Source: a virus. From it: a stretch of 64,000 nucleotides of DNA. Below the pieces are notes generated by a model. The model ran no database searches, was not told the origin of the DNA, and saw nothing but the letters and a program-made list of their open reading frames with translations. The DNA lies in IMG/VR virus record IMGVR_UViG_3300020213_000001; one strand, written 5' to 3'. This document shows positions 9,860 through 21,100 of this stretch, piece by piece. How positions within the stretch are numbered: position 1 is the first letter of the stretch; each line of letters starts with the position of its first letter. A program made the position numbers and the translations under genes.

Positions 9860-10855
9860 TCAGCTTAACCCCAGTTTACGTGAAGGTTTCTTACTAAACG
9901 ATTCTTTAAATCTTTTCTTATGTTCAACAAGCTGTTCAGTAGCCTGTTTAACGGTAATGTTGTCAATTTTAGATCTGACTACGATTTCTTGCAAATGGGC
10001 GATTGAAAATTCATTTGAGGCAGCAAGGGTGGCAGATGCGGCTTCTTCTTCAGATAACACATCCTTTTCAAGGATAAAGCCAAGAAGTTCCGCACATTCC
10101 TTAGCACTTGGTGTTTTCATTTCAATCACCCTGTCAAACCTACCGGGGCGGTCAATTAGAGCACCCACAGATCTTTCTGGATTATTGGTAGTCCCTATGA
10201 TGAAAGTGGGAACGCTAGAGAAAGAAGTTCCTACTCCGTCCAATAGATTAAGTAGGCTAGAGCTGGAACGCCTTGTAGATCCCTCATGCCCATCTGAGGA
10301 AGACCCCTCGATGTCTTCAATAATCAGAATAAGTTTTTCGACATCTTTAAAATTAGAATCAAGCTGAAAGAAATTATTAACATCTGAAGCATCAATTGAG
10401 GAGGTGTCCCAAATAATTACGCACGTTCCTGGCATTTTTAGGAAAGTTTTGGCTACTTCGTTGATTGCACTAGACTTCCCAACTCCTGGTGGGGAACATA
10501 GCAACAAAGCACGCTTAGGTTCTCTTTTAAGCTCTTTATATACATGAAGTCTATTGAAAAAATTGTTGCCTTCCTCGATTATCTGGCTAGTGTTGTCAAT
10601 TGTCTTTAATAGATTATAGTTTTTAAGTTCAAGCTTATCCAGTGCAATACCTAAAGATGTATTAACTATACAGAAACATCCTGGTTTGACTTTATACTTT
10701 TCCCTGTCTTTTTCTTCTTCTAAAAACTCAAACTGGATCAATTCCTTTTCAGTCTGAACAGACAAGTCTGATTCTGGTATCTCTACCTCGTAACCACCAG
10801 CCAAATCTTCCAGTCTAGTTACTTTTATAACTTTGAATTTACCTGTTTTTAACAT
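9860..10855 (-). CDS. AAA+ ATPase
   Basis: Walker A SPPGVGKS, Walker B IIEDIE, sensor TTNN, arginine finger DRPGRFD. Confidence 0.85.
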   Translation of the reverse strand: MLKTGKFKVIKVTRLEDLAGGYEVEIPESDLSVQTEKELIQFEFLEEEKDREKYKVKPGCFCIVNTSLGIALDKLELKNYNLLKTIDNTSQIIEEGNNFFNRLHVYKELKREPKRALLLCSPPGVGKSSAINEVAKTFLKMPGTCVIIWDTSSIDASDVNNFFQLDSNFKDVEKLILIIEDIEGSSSDGHEGSTRRSSSSLLNLLDGVGTSFSSVPTFIIGTTNNPERSVGALIDRPGRFDRVIEMKTPSAKECAELLGFILEKDVLSEEEAASATLAASNEFSIAHLQEIVVRSKIDNITVKQATEQLVEHKKRFKESFSKKPSRKLGLS

Positions 10856-10857
10856 TT

Positions 10858-11070
10858 TTATCCCTTAATTTTTGTTCTTCTTTTACTAATCTTATGCTCA
10901 AGACTGTTCAGTTTTTCTCTTCTCAAGTCTGTACCGCTAAAGCAACTTTTTTCTTTTAGGTAAAACTCATTGCTATCAAAAAGATTGTTTTTTTTATTAA
11001 TGTCACTCCATTCCCTTTTACTCTCATGGAGAAACAAATTAGATAAATATTTATCATATCTACAAATCAT
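10858..11070 (-). CDS. Hypothetical protein
   Basis: ORF with AGGA RBS in operon context. Confidence 0.5.
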   Translation of the reverse strand: MICRYDKYLSNLFLHESKREWSDINKKNNLFDSNEFYLKEKSCFSGTDLRREKLNSLEHKISKRRTKIKG

Positions 11071-11130
11071 AGCTGTTCCTTTTTCATTTATACAGGACTA
11101 CTCACGATCCGACCATGGAGAAGAGGTATA

Positions 11131-11556
11131 TTAAAGATTCTCTTTTTTATTACTAGCCTGCTTCCTTTTTTCTAAAACCTTGTCAAAATCAATATCCATT
11201 ATTTCTTTTTCAGCATAGGCGGCGTCTTCCTGTCTGTTTTTGACTGTTTTTTCAATCTTTTCAAGTATCTGTTTTTCCTCAGTTTCGTATTGCTCTCGTA
11301 TAAGTGCTTGAATTTTAATCAACTCGTCTCCCCAAAACTTAAGTTCAATGCGGGCTAATTCAAGCATTTTAAATGCCCTGTTAGCCTTGATTTCAATCTC
11401 TGTGGTTTCCTTACCTTCCTTATACGCAGCGTACTCGGGACTGCATGGTGAGCTGTTAGCCCAATTGTGTAGTAAGTCACTATCGTTACATTTCAATGCC
11501 TTACCCGTGTGTCTTGCCTGTAAATCTAGATAAATGCACTTACGTTCATTTCCCAT
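11131..11556 (-). CDS. Hypothetical protein with coiled-coil C-terminus
   Basis: ORF; ATG 11556 chosen because an extended -10 (TGGTATTAT) overlaps the longer start. Confidence 0.55.
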   Translation of the reverse strand: MGNERKCIYLDLQARHTGKALKCNDSDLLHNWANSSPCSPEYAAYKEGKETTEIEIKANRAFKMLELARIELKFWGDELIKIQALIREQYETEEKQILEKIEKTVKNRQEDAAYAEKEIMDIDFDKVLEKRKQASNKKENL

Positions 11557-11620
11557 GCTAGATAATACCATAGATTTTACAGTTGACTAGAAATGGAAGC
11601 AGCATCCTTTCATAAAAAGG

Positions 11621-11649
11621 AAATAAAAAAGGCTACCGAAGTAGCCTTT
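11621..11649 (-). terminator. Rho-independent terminator after the major capsid gene
   Basis: Minus strand AAAGGCTAC-TTCG-GTAGCCTTT followed by a T-tract; C(UUCG)G tetraloop. Confidence 0.85.
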
Positions 11650-11679
11650 CTTATTAAGTGTTTTTTAGAAACTTAAGGA

Positions 11680-13056
11680 CTAGAGTTGACCGTTGATGTT
11701 CTCAAAGATCACGTTCTTGCGGGGCTGCTTGGAGATCAAGCACTTGAAAGAAAAGTGACACTCGGGGAGTGACAAATCGTTCATAGGAAGCTTGATTTTC
11801 TGATAAGGAGCAAGCTGAGCAAAGCTACAGGTTTCAGACTGTAGTAGTACTGCAGTAACAGAGCCGGGGCTACGGTTACCCAAGTCGGTAAATACGGTAG
11901 TACCAGCGCCAGAATCCTTAACGCGGCCGATGAACTTAGAAGAAGCTGAGTTACCGCCAGATTCAGAACGATAAACGTTATAAAGAGCAGCACCAGAAAC
12001 CTGGGTAATGGTCAAAACACCAGCATCGCCAGCAGCTACGGCAACACTGTAGTCAGCACTCTTTGGGCCTTCGCCACGAATGTTTTCAGCAGTAACGTAG
12101 TAGTTATAAGTACCAGCAGCAAGGATGGAGGAAGCGTTAACTGGCGAAGTAGGAGTGGCAGAGGCAGCAGCCAAAGCGTTCGAAGCTTCATCGGGCTGGG
12201 TCTTGCCAGCTAGGAAGCGTGAGGAATCCAGAGTAACGACACCGTTAGAAGTCCACTGGGTGCGTAGATTTGCACCAGTAGCTTCTTGAGCAGAACCAGC
12301 AAGATTGATACGCTCTTTAGCGTGGGCAATCTTGTTGTACTGAGAAAGACTGATAGGATCGGTCATCAACTTGTCGGCATCGCCGTGTTGCATGGCAGAC
12401 TTAACAGCTCCGTCTTCAACATAAGACTGAGTAAGAACACCGTTAACACCGAGAGTAACCGACTGATTGGAGCCGTAGGCTGCAAACATAGCGTCTTGGG
12501 TGGTGGCGATGGAGTCAGACTCGCGGATTTGAGCGAAAACACCACGCATACCGGGCATTTCGGCCTGAAGAGCGGGATTTCCATCAAAAACACCAGCGTT
12601 TGAATAGTCATCTTGTCCACGGAAAGAATCGAATTCCATGTCAGATGCTAGGGAGATAGCTGCATCGCGCTCAGAACGGTCTTCAGCAGAAACACCGTCA
12701 AAGGTAGCTACCATGTTAGCAGCTAGGCCAACACGACGATATTGTGCGTAGAATGCCATGGGCACACCAACACGGGCATACTTAGAAGTTTGCTCTTCGC
12801 CAATTCCGTTTTGGAATTGAGCACTCCTACGCATTTTGCCGTAGGAAAGTTGGCGATTGAATTGCACCAACATAGTCTTAGCATCTTCAGTCTTCAAAAG
12901 TTTTTGAAGCTTAATGTGCTTGTCGCTGATACAGAGGTTCTCCATAACAGGAGAGAGATTCTCAATCTGTAGTGCAGAATGTTGAGTCAAGGAAGTAGGA
13001 GCGGAATCATAACCGCCAGCTTCCAAGGCCTTTACTAGATCGTTAATTGCTTGCAT
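11680..13056 (-). CDS. Major capsid protein with Ig/FN3-like insertion
   Basis: 458 aa; N-terminal LVKA...ALQIENL resembles SPO1/Twort-type capsids; YYVTAEN...YNVYRS...FTD insertion; follows the scaffold gene and precedes a strong terminator. Confidence 0.8.
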   Translation of the reverse strand: MQAINDLVKALEAGGYDSAPTSLTQHSALQIENLSPVMENLCISDKHIKLQKLLKTEDAKTMLVQFNRQLSYGKMRRSAQFQNGIGEEQTSKYARVGVPMAFYAQYRRVGLAANMVATFDGVSAEDRSERDAAISLASDMEFDSFRGQDDYSNAGVFDGNPALQAEMPGMRGVFAQIRESDSIATTQDAMFAAYGSNQSVTLGVNGVLTQSYVEDGAVKSAMQHGDADKLMTDPISLSQYNKIAHAKERINLAGSAQEATGANLRTQWTSNGVVTLDSSRFLAGKTQPDEASNALAAASATPTSPVNASSILAAGTYNYYVTAENIRGEGPKSADYSVAVAAGDAGVLTITQVSGAALYNVYRSESGGNSASSKFIGRVKDSGAGTTVFTDLGNRSPGSVTAVLLQSETCSFAQLAPYQKIKLPMNDLSLPECHFSFKCLISKQPRKNVIFENINGQL

Positions 13057-13065
13057 TACATCCTC

Positions 13066-13755
13066 CTATAATAGATGTTTAATTTTTTCGACACCGATCT
13101 TACGGTAACAAAATTGGTTAATAAGTTCGTCTTCACCTTTCTTGAGATCACCAGAACGTACTTTTTCAGTAAGTTTCTTGATGATTTGGTCATGAGAAAG
13201 ATTAACTTCCTTTTCGGGAGCGGTTTCGGCTTCAGATTTCTTGATAAAACCAACACCTTCAAGGCTAGTTACTGCTTTACGCTTAGGTGCAGAAATGAAT
13301 TTACCCATTGCTCCAACTAGTTTTTCTACGTTCTTTTTAAGCTCTTCGTTTTCCTTAGAGGAACCTTCAAGTTGGGTCTTGATGGTAGCCAATTCAGACT
13401 TAAGAAGATCGGTCTCTTCTTCTTTTTTGAAAAGTTCAGACTTAAGAAGGACTGATTCACTGGAATCTTCAGACTTTTTAATTTCTGTTTCTTCTTTAAC
13501 GAACAATCCACAAATAGCTTCGTAGTGTGCAGTAACTTCAGACTTGCTCATTGAACTGTACATTTCGTTCATTTCAGCAATGTCTTCTTGATCGTAAGCA
13601 ACCTCTGTCGCTTTCTGTTCTTTTTCGGTAGCGTCAACTTCTTCAGATTTAGCCAGCACTGTTTCTTCTTTCTTTTCAGTTTTAGCCAAATGTGCGTGAA
13701 ATTCTGTTTCCACTTCCGAAATCAATTTCGCCATGTCGCTTTCATTGAATTTCAT
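13066..13755 (-). CDS. Capsid scaffolding protein
   Basis: Glu/Lys coiled coil directly upstream of the capsid gene; repeated [LMI]xKSE motifs. Confidence 0.7.
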   Translation of the reverse strand: MKFNESDMAKLISEVETEFHAHLAKTEKKEETVLAKSEEVDATEKEQKATEVAYDQEDIAEMNEMYSSMSKSEVTAHYEAICGLFVKEETEIKKSEDSSESVLLKSELFKKEEETDLLKSELATIKTQLEGSSKENEELKKNVEKLVGAMGKFISAPKRKAVTSLEGVGFIKKSEAETAPEKEVNLSHDQIIKKLTEKVRSGDLKKGEDELINQFCYRKIGVEKIKHLL

Positions 13756-13788
13756 ATTATCCTTATGGTTAAGGGTTAGTGGTTAGAA

Positions 13789-14187
13789 TTACTGAGCTTT
13801 AGTTGGCCAACGAACACTTACTTGAACCTTGGTACCAGATGCAGCTTCAGCAGTAGCAAGAACGGTAGCGTGATTCTTTACGATTAGGTCAATTCCAAGC
13901 TTTGCGGCTTCTTGCATAATTTGACAAATCTTAAGAGTGGTCATACCATCGTCACGCGATGCAAAAGCAAGGGTGTGAGGGGTTAGAGCATTTAGGTCAT
14001 TTCCAAACACGTCTTTGGAAATTGCAGAAACAACGTCAAAAGCCAAGGAGGCCTCATCGGTATTCAAAGTTAGCTTGGGCATACCTGAAGCGTCAGAACT
14101 CTGAGAAACTTCGAAACCACGGAACTGAAGAGCTTCTTTAAGGTCGCGAGCCCAACTTTCTGATTTAGCTGTCGATTTATAAGCCAT
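13789..14187 (-). CDS. Hypothetical head-operon protein
   Basis: ATG 14187 with GGAGG RBS; first gene of the capsid operon. Confidence 0.55.
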   Translation of the reverse strand: MAYKSTAKSESWARDLKEALQFRGFEVSQSSDASGMPKLTLNTDEASLAFDVVSAISKDVFGNDLNALTPHTLAFASRDDGMTTLKICQIMQEAAKLGIDLIVKNHATVLATAEAASGTKVQVSVRWPTKAQ

Positions 14188-14388
14188 TGTATCCTCCAAA
14201 AATACAAACCAGCCTAACTGCTGGTTTTTAAACAATATAGGGGTAAAGATAGTCATTCTGTATAACTTATCAACGATATCACCTAGTTATTTGCATGTTT
14301 TGTTATAATCTTTTATTTAAAAATAACAACTTAGAAGGTGTATAGCAAAAGGCAATCTTTACATTACGCATTTGTTAACAGGAAAATC

Positions 14389-15612
14389 ATGTCAAAAGAA
14401 AAAAATAAAGCAACATTAATTGACGGAATAGCAAGCTCGGTAGCTCTTGATTCAAGCGGCGAACGTGTTGACCTAGCAGGAATGGACATTAGCACTCTAG
14501 CCGTAACTGGAACTGTAACTTGGGATCATGAGCTTACCAAAACTTCAACCAATGTTGTTGGTAAGATCTTATTTGCTAAAAAAATATTTGAAGAAAAAGA
14601 ATGCTCAAACAGTCGCGAAAAGTATTACTGGAAAAAAGTAGGAATGCCATTTTTGTACCTTATATGCTCTCTTTTTGACAATTTTGGACACTCTGGAGCG
14701 AAAGATATTGTTGCTATGTTGGATTTTGACGAAGAGCTAGACAATGAAAAAGTTCGCCAGACAGTGTTTTTCTCTATTGAAGGCTCTCGTTTGGGTAAAA
14801 ACGTAGGAGAAAAGGTGGCGGCGTGTATAGCCAGAAAGGTTACTATTACCAATTTTCCATGCAATCACACTTGTGTTGCTGAAAAGCTAGTGGTTCCTCC
14901 CAAAGACCTTCCTAAAACATCTTCAAAACAAGCCCAAGAAATCCTGTCTAAATTCACAGCCAGTATGCTTAAAACCGAGCAAATTGCTGTTGAAATCATT
15001 AATTCCGAATACTTAAACTCTATTGGTATCAAAAAAGCCGAACTATCCATGAAAATGGTTACTAGAGTAAAAGAGCCAACCACAAAATCTACAAATCCAC
15101 GTCCAAAGAATGGCGCAATAGCCGGTGATAAATTTCCGTATACAAAACCCAAGCCAAAAACAGGTGCGGACATATACAACAACCCAAATACCTGGAAAAA
15201 CGATCCATATGTAAGCAACATGCGTAAGGCAATCGCTAAAAGCTGTGCTCCCGGTAGCCTTGCAGGTCTGGAGCCCTTATCTAAAGAGAAAATACTAAAA
15301 CACCTAGCCAGTGAGGCGTGGGATAATTTTAGCAAAAAAGAAGAGATTCTTGATTTTCTTATGAGAAAAGAGAAAGAAGTAGAGCTGTGTAATACCTTTG
15401 ACGCCAGGATTTGGTCTGAAGAATTCATGAAAATTAAAGAGAAAAACCCAGGATTAGAGAACGATGAGGGAGCCATGTTGGCGTGGTTTGCCGCTAGCAT
15501 AATGGCTGGGTATGACCATGCTCGTAAGCTTAATAAAAACGAAGCCTTAGCAATCGCTAAAACATATGCCTATTTACAACAACTTAAGCTTGAAAAAAAG
15601 CTATTAGAATGA
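14389..15612 (+). CDS. Prohead maturation protease with long C-terminal extension
   Basis: IDGIAS..LDSSGE, WDH, FSIEG, VTITNFPCN motifs typical of HK97/U35-type prohead proteases; ATG 14389 follows AGGA. Confidence 0.75.
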   Translation: MSKEKNKATLIDGIASSVALDSSGERVDLAGMDISTLAVTGTVTWDHELTKTSTNVVGKILFAKKIFEEKECSNSREKYYWKKVGMPFLYLICSLFDNFGHSGAKDIVAMLDFDEELDNEKVRQTVFFSIEGSRLGKNVGEKVAACIARKVTITNFPCNHTCVAEKLVVPPKDLPKTSSKQAQEILSKFTASMLKTEQIAVEIINSEYLNSIGIKKAELSMKMVTRVKEPTTKSTNPRPKNGAIAGDKFPYTKPKPKTGADIYNNPNTWKNDPYVSNMRKAIAKSCAPGSLAGLEPLSKEKILKHLASEAWDNFSKKEEILDFLMRKEKEVELCNTFDARIWSEEFMKIKEKNPGLENDEGAMLAWFAASIMAGYDHARKLNKNEALAIAKTYAYLQQLKLEKKLLE

Positions 15613-15998
15613 AAAGAGTAGCAATAGCCCTTATTCAGGACTGGAAGCAAGATATTCTCATGGGGCGAAGGTCAGATAATGGCTTGATGTCACAACCTGG
15701 CGGGCATTGCGAAAGAGGTGAATGCCCATATGAGAGCTGTGTTAGAGAGGTTAAGGAAGAGACTGGCCTAGATCCTAAGACCGTAAAGCTAGTCAAGGTT
15801 AAAATGGGCGGCAAAGACGGTAAGGTAATGATCTATCTATTTGAAGTTACAGTAGATCCAGAACAACAAGTTGATACGTCTAACGATCCAGATAAAGAAT
15901 TCAAACACTTAGAGTATGTAGACCCGTCCACAGTTATGGACGAGCTACATGTACCCATTGAATATAACACTCTTCTTCAATACTGGATGGACAATTAA
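15609..15998 (+). CDS. Nudix hydrolase
   Basis: Nudix box GGHCERGECPYESCVREVKEETG. Confidence 0.85.
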   Translation: MKRVAIALIQDWKQDILMGRRSDNGLMSQPGGHCERGECPYESCVREVKEETGLDPKTVKLVKVKMGGKDGKVMIYLFEVTVDPEQQVDTSNDPDKEFKHLEYVDPSTVMDELHVPIEYNTLLQYWMDN

Positions 15999-16228
15999 GC
16001 GGCTTCTTCGCCGTCGTGGCTGTAAAGAAAACAACCACCACCACCGAATTCAGCAACAACATTTCCGTTAGACGCCATGTTTTGAATAGCCAAATGCACT
16101 TCTTCTGCATCCATTCCTGCTTGACATGCTTTTTTAACAATATCAGATAGTTGGCCTTCCCAGGCACCACCAATAGTGTGAAACTCGTACAACCCCTTGG
16201 AATTAAACTTGATCCTAAACATAAACAC
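15995..16228 (-). CDS. Hypothetical protein
   Basis: ORF with AGGGGG RBS. Confidence 0.5.
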   Translation of the reverse strand: MFMFRIKFNSKGLYEFHTIGGAWEGQLSDIVKKACQAGMDAEEVHLAIQNMASNGNVVAEFGGGGCFLYSHDGEEAA

Positions 16229-16266
16229 CCCCTGTATTTCTATTCTAACCCAGATTTAAGGGAATG

Positions 16267-16863
16267 TCAACACGGACTCTTAATTTGATATTTTTTTGCT
16301 ATTAAGTCTATAATTTTATTATGAACCTGAAGCATGTTTTCTTTTCCGTTAATATTGATAGATTCAAAATCCATGTTGAAAGATAGGACGTTGTTGTTAA
16401 ACCTACTCAAGCCAAGTGATGTGGCGCTATTCCTTTCATGATTAAATTCAGTTTTAGTGCCATTAAGCTTATCCCTATCATACAGTCTTTTTTTGCAGAA
16501 TTCCATGTTTAGCGGATTAAGAATTATGTTAGAAATGTTATAGTTAGAGTTTAGTTCCCTGTATATCCTAATTAATTCGTTGTATTTTTTAAACAGTTCG
16601 TCTTGATGTGTGTTGTCTACTATGTCTCGGACTATGTGAGAGGCAATGCTACCCTCACATATTACGATTCCGTCTTTGTGAAGACGAAGTAAAGACTGAA
16701 TATCTAGAATATTAACCATAATGTCTTCACTGTTTGATGAGCTAAAGTTTACCTTAAAGCACTCAATATTGTGAGATTTCAATAGGTTATACAAAAGCCC
16801 AGTTTGACTGGACTTACCCACTCCGCTTATTCCATCTATACAGATTACGTTTAATTGGCCCAT
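16267..16863 (-). CDS. Thymidylate/dNMP kinase-like P-loop protein
   Basis: N-terminal ICIDGISGVGKSSQ; about 200 aa. Confidence 0.65.
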   Translation of the reverse strand: MGQLNVICIDGISGVGKSSQTGLLYNLLKSHNIECFKVNFSSSNSEDIMVNILDIQSLLRLHKDGIVICEGSIASHIVRDIVDNTHQDELFKKYNELIRIYRELNSNYNISNIILNPLNMEFCKKRLYDRDKLNGTKTEFNHERNSATSLGLSRFNNNVLSFNMDFESININGKENMLQVHNKIIDLIAKKYQIKSPC

Positions 16864-16911
16864 GTGTTATACTACCATAAAAGCAATCTTTTACTTAAAA
16901 TAGGGATAAAT

Positions 16912-17358
16912 ATGCGTTTAAATGCTAAAGTCTTAAAAAATGTAATCGATGTAAATCACTTCCAATGGGTAGGACAGGCCTATATTCAAGAAGGAAACTC
17001 CAACGATCTTTACATTCAACTTGTAAACCTGGATTGGTCTATCTCCGAAACAACCTACCAACCAGTGGGGCCCTTTCAGTCAACCTCTTCTGTAAGTACA
17101 CCAAACAGGTACATATCACAGGCTGCAGTTATTTCTGTTTCAGCTTATTTTGATAGCATTGATGATTCTGAACAATTCTCCATTATTGGTAGTCAGCCGT
17201 TTGCGGGTGATAAGTCTATTTGGAAATTCAGCCTGACAAACGTACAGACTCCAAGCACCGGCAATTTGAAAATTACAGTTACAGAAGACTCAGTGTCTAA
17301 AACCTTTATCATCAAACAAGCAATTTCTGTACAAAGCCTAAATCAAGGCGGGTGTTAA
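16912..17358 (+). CDS. Putative structural protein
   Basis: ATG 16912 after AGGGA and a GCAATCTTTT motif; beta-rich. Confidence 0.55.
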   Translation: MRLNAKVLKNVIDVNHFQWVGQAYIQEGNSNDLYIQLVNLDWSISETTYQPVGPFQSTSSVSTPNRYISQAAVISVSAYFDSIDDSEQFSIIGSQPFAGDKSIWKFSLTNVQTPSTGNLKITVTEDSVSKTFIIKQAISVQSLNQGGC

Positions 17359-18180
17359 GTGGCTGATTTTACCGACTCAAAATCAATTATAAACAACGCC
17401 TATCCGGTTCAATCTGTTGAAACCAGCAATCTCCTATCTAGGATAGAGCCTCTACTGACTCCACCTCAGCTCATTAGCCGTTACCTGAAGGGTGTTCCCT
17501 TGCCTGCCTACACAGACGAAGAACTTAAAGACGAAATCATGAGGGCTATCAATAAGATGGAGCTGATGACTAATCTTGTTTTCACTCGCACTCAGTTCCA
17601 GGAAACAATGCCATATGATGATCGCCTTTATAAAAATTCCATTCACACTGTGGTAAATCGCCGTCCTGTTATCAGTGTAGAAGAGCTAGGTTTTATCAAC
17701 GCAGACCAAAATGACCCTCTTTTCTACAAAATCCCGGCTAAATTCATTGCAATGGGATTGGCGCATAGAGGACAGATTAACATAACTCCATATGGAACAT
17801 TTTTCGGTGGAGCAAGTAATAATAATTTCAATGGAAGCTCAGGGTTTGTTGGCTTTTGGCGCTTTTTGGACGCTCCCTGGCATCCGCAGGCGCTTCGCAT
17901 AAAATACACTTCAGGACTTTGTAAAAACGATGGAGATGTACCTGTCGTTATAAATGAAATTATCGGCATGACTGCGGCAATTGATATATTAAGCGCAAGA
18001 CAGAATCTAAACTCCTACACTAGTCAGTCACTCAATCAGGACGGTTTGGGACAAAGTTCCGGTAGCAGTGGTCCCCAAATTTATCAAGCCAGGATTGAAT
18101 TTCTACACACCGAACGTGAACGTATGATTAACAGTATTAAAAACATTTTCTTCCAAAAACGATTTGTTTCTAATTTTTAA
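17359..18180 (+). CDS. Putative head-tail adaptor/neck protein
   Basis: Position; IKYTSG..DVP and SQSLNQDGLGQS patterns typical of myophage adaptors. Confidence 0.55.
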   Translation: MADFTDSKSIINNAYPVQSVETSNLLSRIEPLLTPPQLISRYLKGVPLPAYTDEELKDEIMRAINKMELMTNLVFTRTQFQETMPYDDRLYKNSIHTVVNRRPVISVEELGFINADQNDPLFYKIPAKFIAMGLAHRGQINITPYGTFFGGASNNNFNGSSGFVGFWRFLDAPWHPQALRIKYTSGLCKNDGDVPVVINEIIGMTAAIDILSARQNLNSYTSQSLNQDGLGQSSGSSGPQIYQARIEFLHTERERMINSIKNIFFQKRFVSNF

Positions 18181-18183
18181 TAT

Positions 18184-21100
18184 ATGAGCTATAAAAAAAC
18201 CTTTAAAAAACTTAAGAAAAAAGAAAGCGACCTAAATAAAGGCTCTCTGCAAAGAAAGATGCCCTTTGACCCTAAAACAGACGTATCTTTAGAAGATCAC
18301 GTTAAAACAGAGGGGTGGCAGTGGGGTGGGAAAGACGTTAATCTAGAGAAGTATACATACCCTAGAGAAAACACTCCTCGTATAGATGGCTCAGCACGTA
18401 AGCGTGCTATGCGTAGTCTTCACGGCAAGACAGAAGTTAGGAAACACCCCAAAACAGGCGAAAGAATGTTTCTACTGCATCGCGGACATCATAGCGATGA
18501 AAAAACAGGAAGTAGTGAAAAAAGCTCTTGGACTCCTAACCGTGTTGTAGCTGAAGATTTTGCCAATCAATATCGCGATTTAAAAGGAGAAGAAGAAATA
18601 ATAGAAGGAACCGTCTCTTCTGCCTGGATACCAGAAGGTCAAATTCACCACATTCCTAAACAATTCGGGGCTTCTACTGATATAAACAGCGTGAATCTTT
18701 ACGCAAGTCAAGATAATACCCCTGAACAGTATAAAAAGATATTAAACAGTGCTTCAAATATTAAAAAGCAAGGTTCTTCCAATTATAAAAGAGAGCATGA
18801 GGTTATTGTAAATCCTCATTCATTGATGCACGCAAAAGCAGGAGAATCTAAAACCTCCTTGGTTGATTCTAGGATAAATGAGAGGCAGCGTATTTCTGAA
18901 AATTCACATGAAGAAGGAAGTAAAAGAGCTAACCTTAAGAATTTTAATAAGCAACCGCTTCGACCTGTTGAAAAGTCAGAGATAATTGACTTAATTAAAA
19001 CACCTATCATTGCAGACCAAGATGAAGGGTTTGAGACAAATGTACTCTCTAGCGCACTATCAGACGTAGAAGTAAATGGCAAAAATCCCTCTAACGTAAA
19101 AACATACAAGCTTAAAAAAGACGGTAAATACTATCACAGAATCTCAAGAGGAAGTCAGACCTACCATGTGATCTCCCTACACCCAGACCCTAAGAAGGAA
19201 TACATATCGGTATTAGATGGTCACATAGTCGATCACCCAGAACATGGGGAGGTTTATACCGCAGCATATACAGGAACACATAAGGATCATCAATCTCAAG
19301 GGCTTGGATCTAGATTAAAAAAACTAGCAGCATATCATCATGGTAAAATCATAAGCGACGGCGCAATAAGTGGCTCAGAAGACGGAAGCTGGAAAAAGGT
19401 TTCCAAAGATCCCAACTTTAAAGTTTCTATCGCTCAAACGGCTGATCAGAACTCTCTAGAGGCAGAGTCTAAAGAAGAGTCAGACATGTTCAATAAAAGA
19501 CACGTTATAGAACATAAGTCAGCCGGTGGTAAAATAGCGGCCTCTGAAGCTATGAGTAATGACCTAAATAAAGGTTCTCTGCAAAGAAAGATGCCCTTTG
19601 ATCCACGAAGTGTTCCAGAAAAAGAAAGAAACTCCGTAGAAACCTGGACACAGACAAGAGATGGTAGGGATGAAATCCCAGAGATTTCCGATAAAAATGC
19701 CCTAAAAAGGGGTATACATAAGCTTCACGGCAAGACAGAAGTTAGGAAACACCCCAAAACAGGCGAAAGAATGTTTCTAATGCATCGAGGTGTTGAAGCC
19801 TTTGAGCACGACGATGTTAAAGAAAAAGGTGCTCATGATGCAAATTCATCCTGGAGCCCTAGCTACGACATAGCACATGGTTTTGCTAAGCAACACACCA
19901 GTGCTAACCATGATCGATCCAGAAAACCAGAGGTTTTATCCGCATGGATATCTGAAAATCAAATTCACCACATCCCAAGCAGTATCGGAGAGAAAAAGTC
20001 TGATTCTAGCATAAAAAATTCAAAGTTTAAGGGAGAACACGAGGTTATCGTAAAACCTCACGGGTTGACCTTCTCCAGTCCTATAAAGAGAAATATGTCA
20101 AATGAAGTTGAAGACGTTAGTCTAGACGGCAGAATTAACGAAAGAACACCCAATACTTTTGTTGAATCTAAGAAAAATAAACTAGCAGCAAGTGAAAAAG
20201 AGACGAACGATCTAGCTAAAATGTCTCAACCTACTATAACATTCCCTAAGCTAGGAACAAACTCTAGACCCGACTCAGAAGTGCAAGTAGTTGAAACCCC
20301 TAGACAAAAGAAAATATTTGCAAGAAAATCGGTAATTTCTTATTTTAACGATAAGGGAGGAGGCGCTAAACCTACACCTACATCTACAATCGACAGGGAA
20401 TCTAAAAGAATCGAGAATAGTCTTGGCAAAAGGTACCTGGGTGTTAGTGTAGGATCTAAGACGGCTGCCGTGGGTGGCAAGGCAATGTCTGCTTTTGAAA
20501 AGCCGAGTGGGGATAATTTAGATAAACTAAAAGACCATATGGAAAAAAGAAACAAAGTAGTCAGAGACTATAACGATTCCTATTTGGGCTGGAAAGAAAA
20601 AGAAAAAGAGCTAGCATCTCAAGCCGGTACATCGGACGGTCACGCTGCCTGGTTAAAGCATAGAACATCCAAGCCTGATAGACCTAAGTTACCTAGAAAA
20701 CCCTCAGCTAAAAAGCTGGATAATTCTGAAATCTCTCCTAAAGAACTGGAGTATAGAGGTAAAAGAATAGAGGCAACTAAACAGCATGAAGGGTTACACA
20801 ACACCCTACACACCATCAAGAAGAAATACGGTAAAGATGCGTTTGCTACCGTAATATCTAAAATGGTTTCAAAATTGCCAGAAAATACGTTGGAGGCACT
20901 GAACTCTCACATCAAAGATAAAGGCTATAAGAGCGGCGATTACGAAGAAGTTTTAACTCACGCTAGGGATATATTGACTGATCCTAAAACTAGAGATCAA
21001 TTTAAGTTAAAGAATAAAGATGCTGACAGTCATATAAAAAACATAAAACAAGCCCATAAGAACATGTATCAATATGCTAAAAACCTAACGCCTAAGGATA

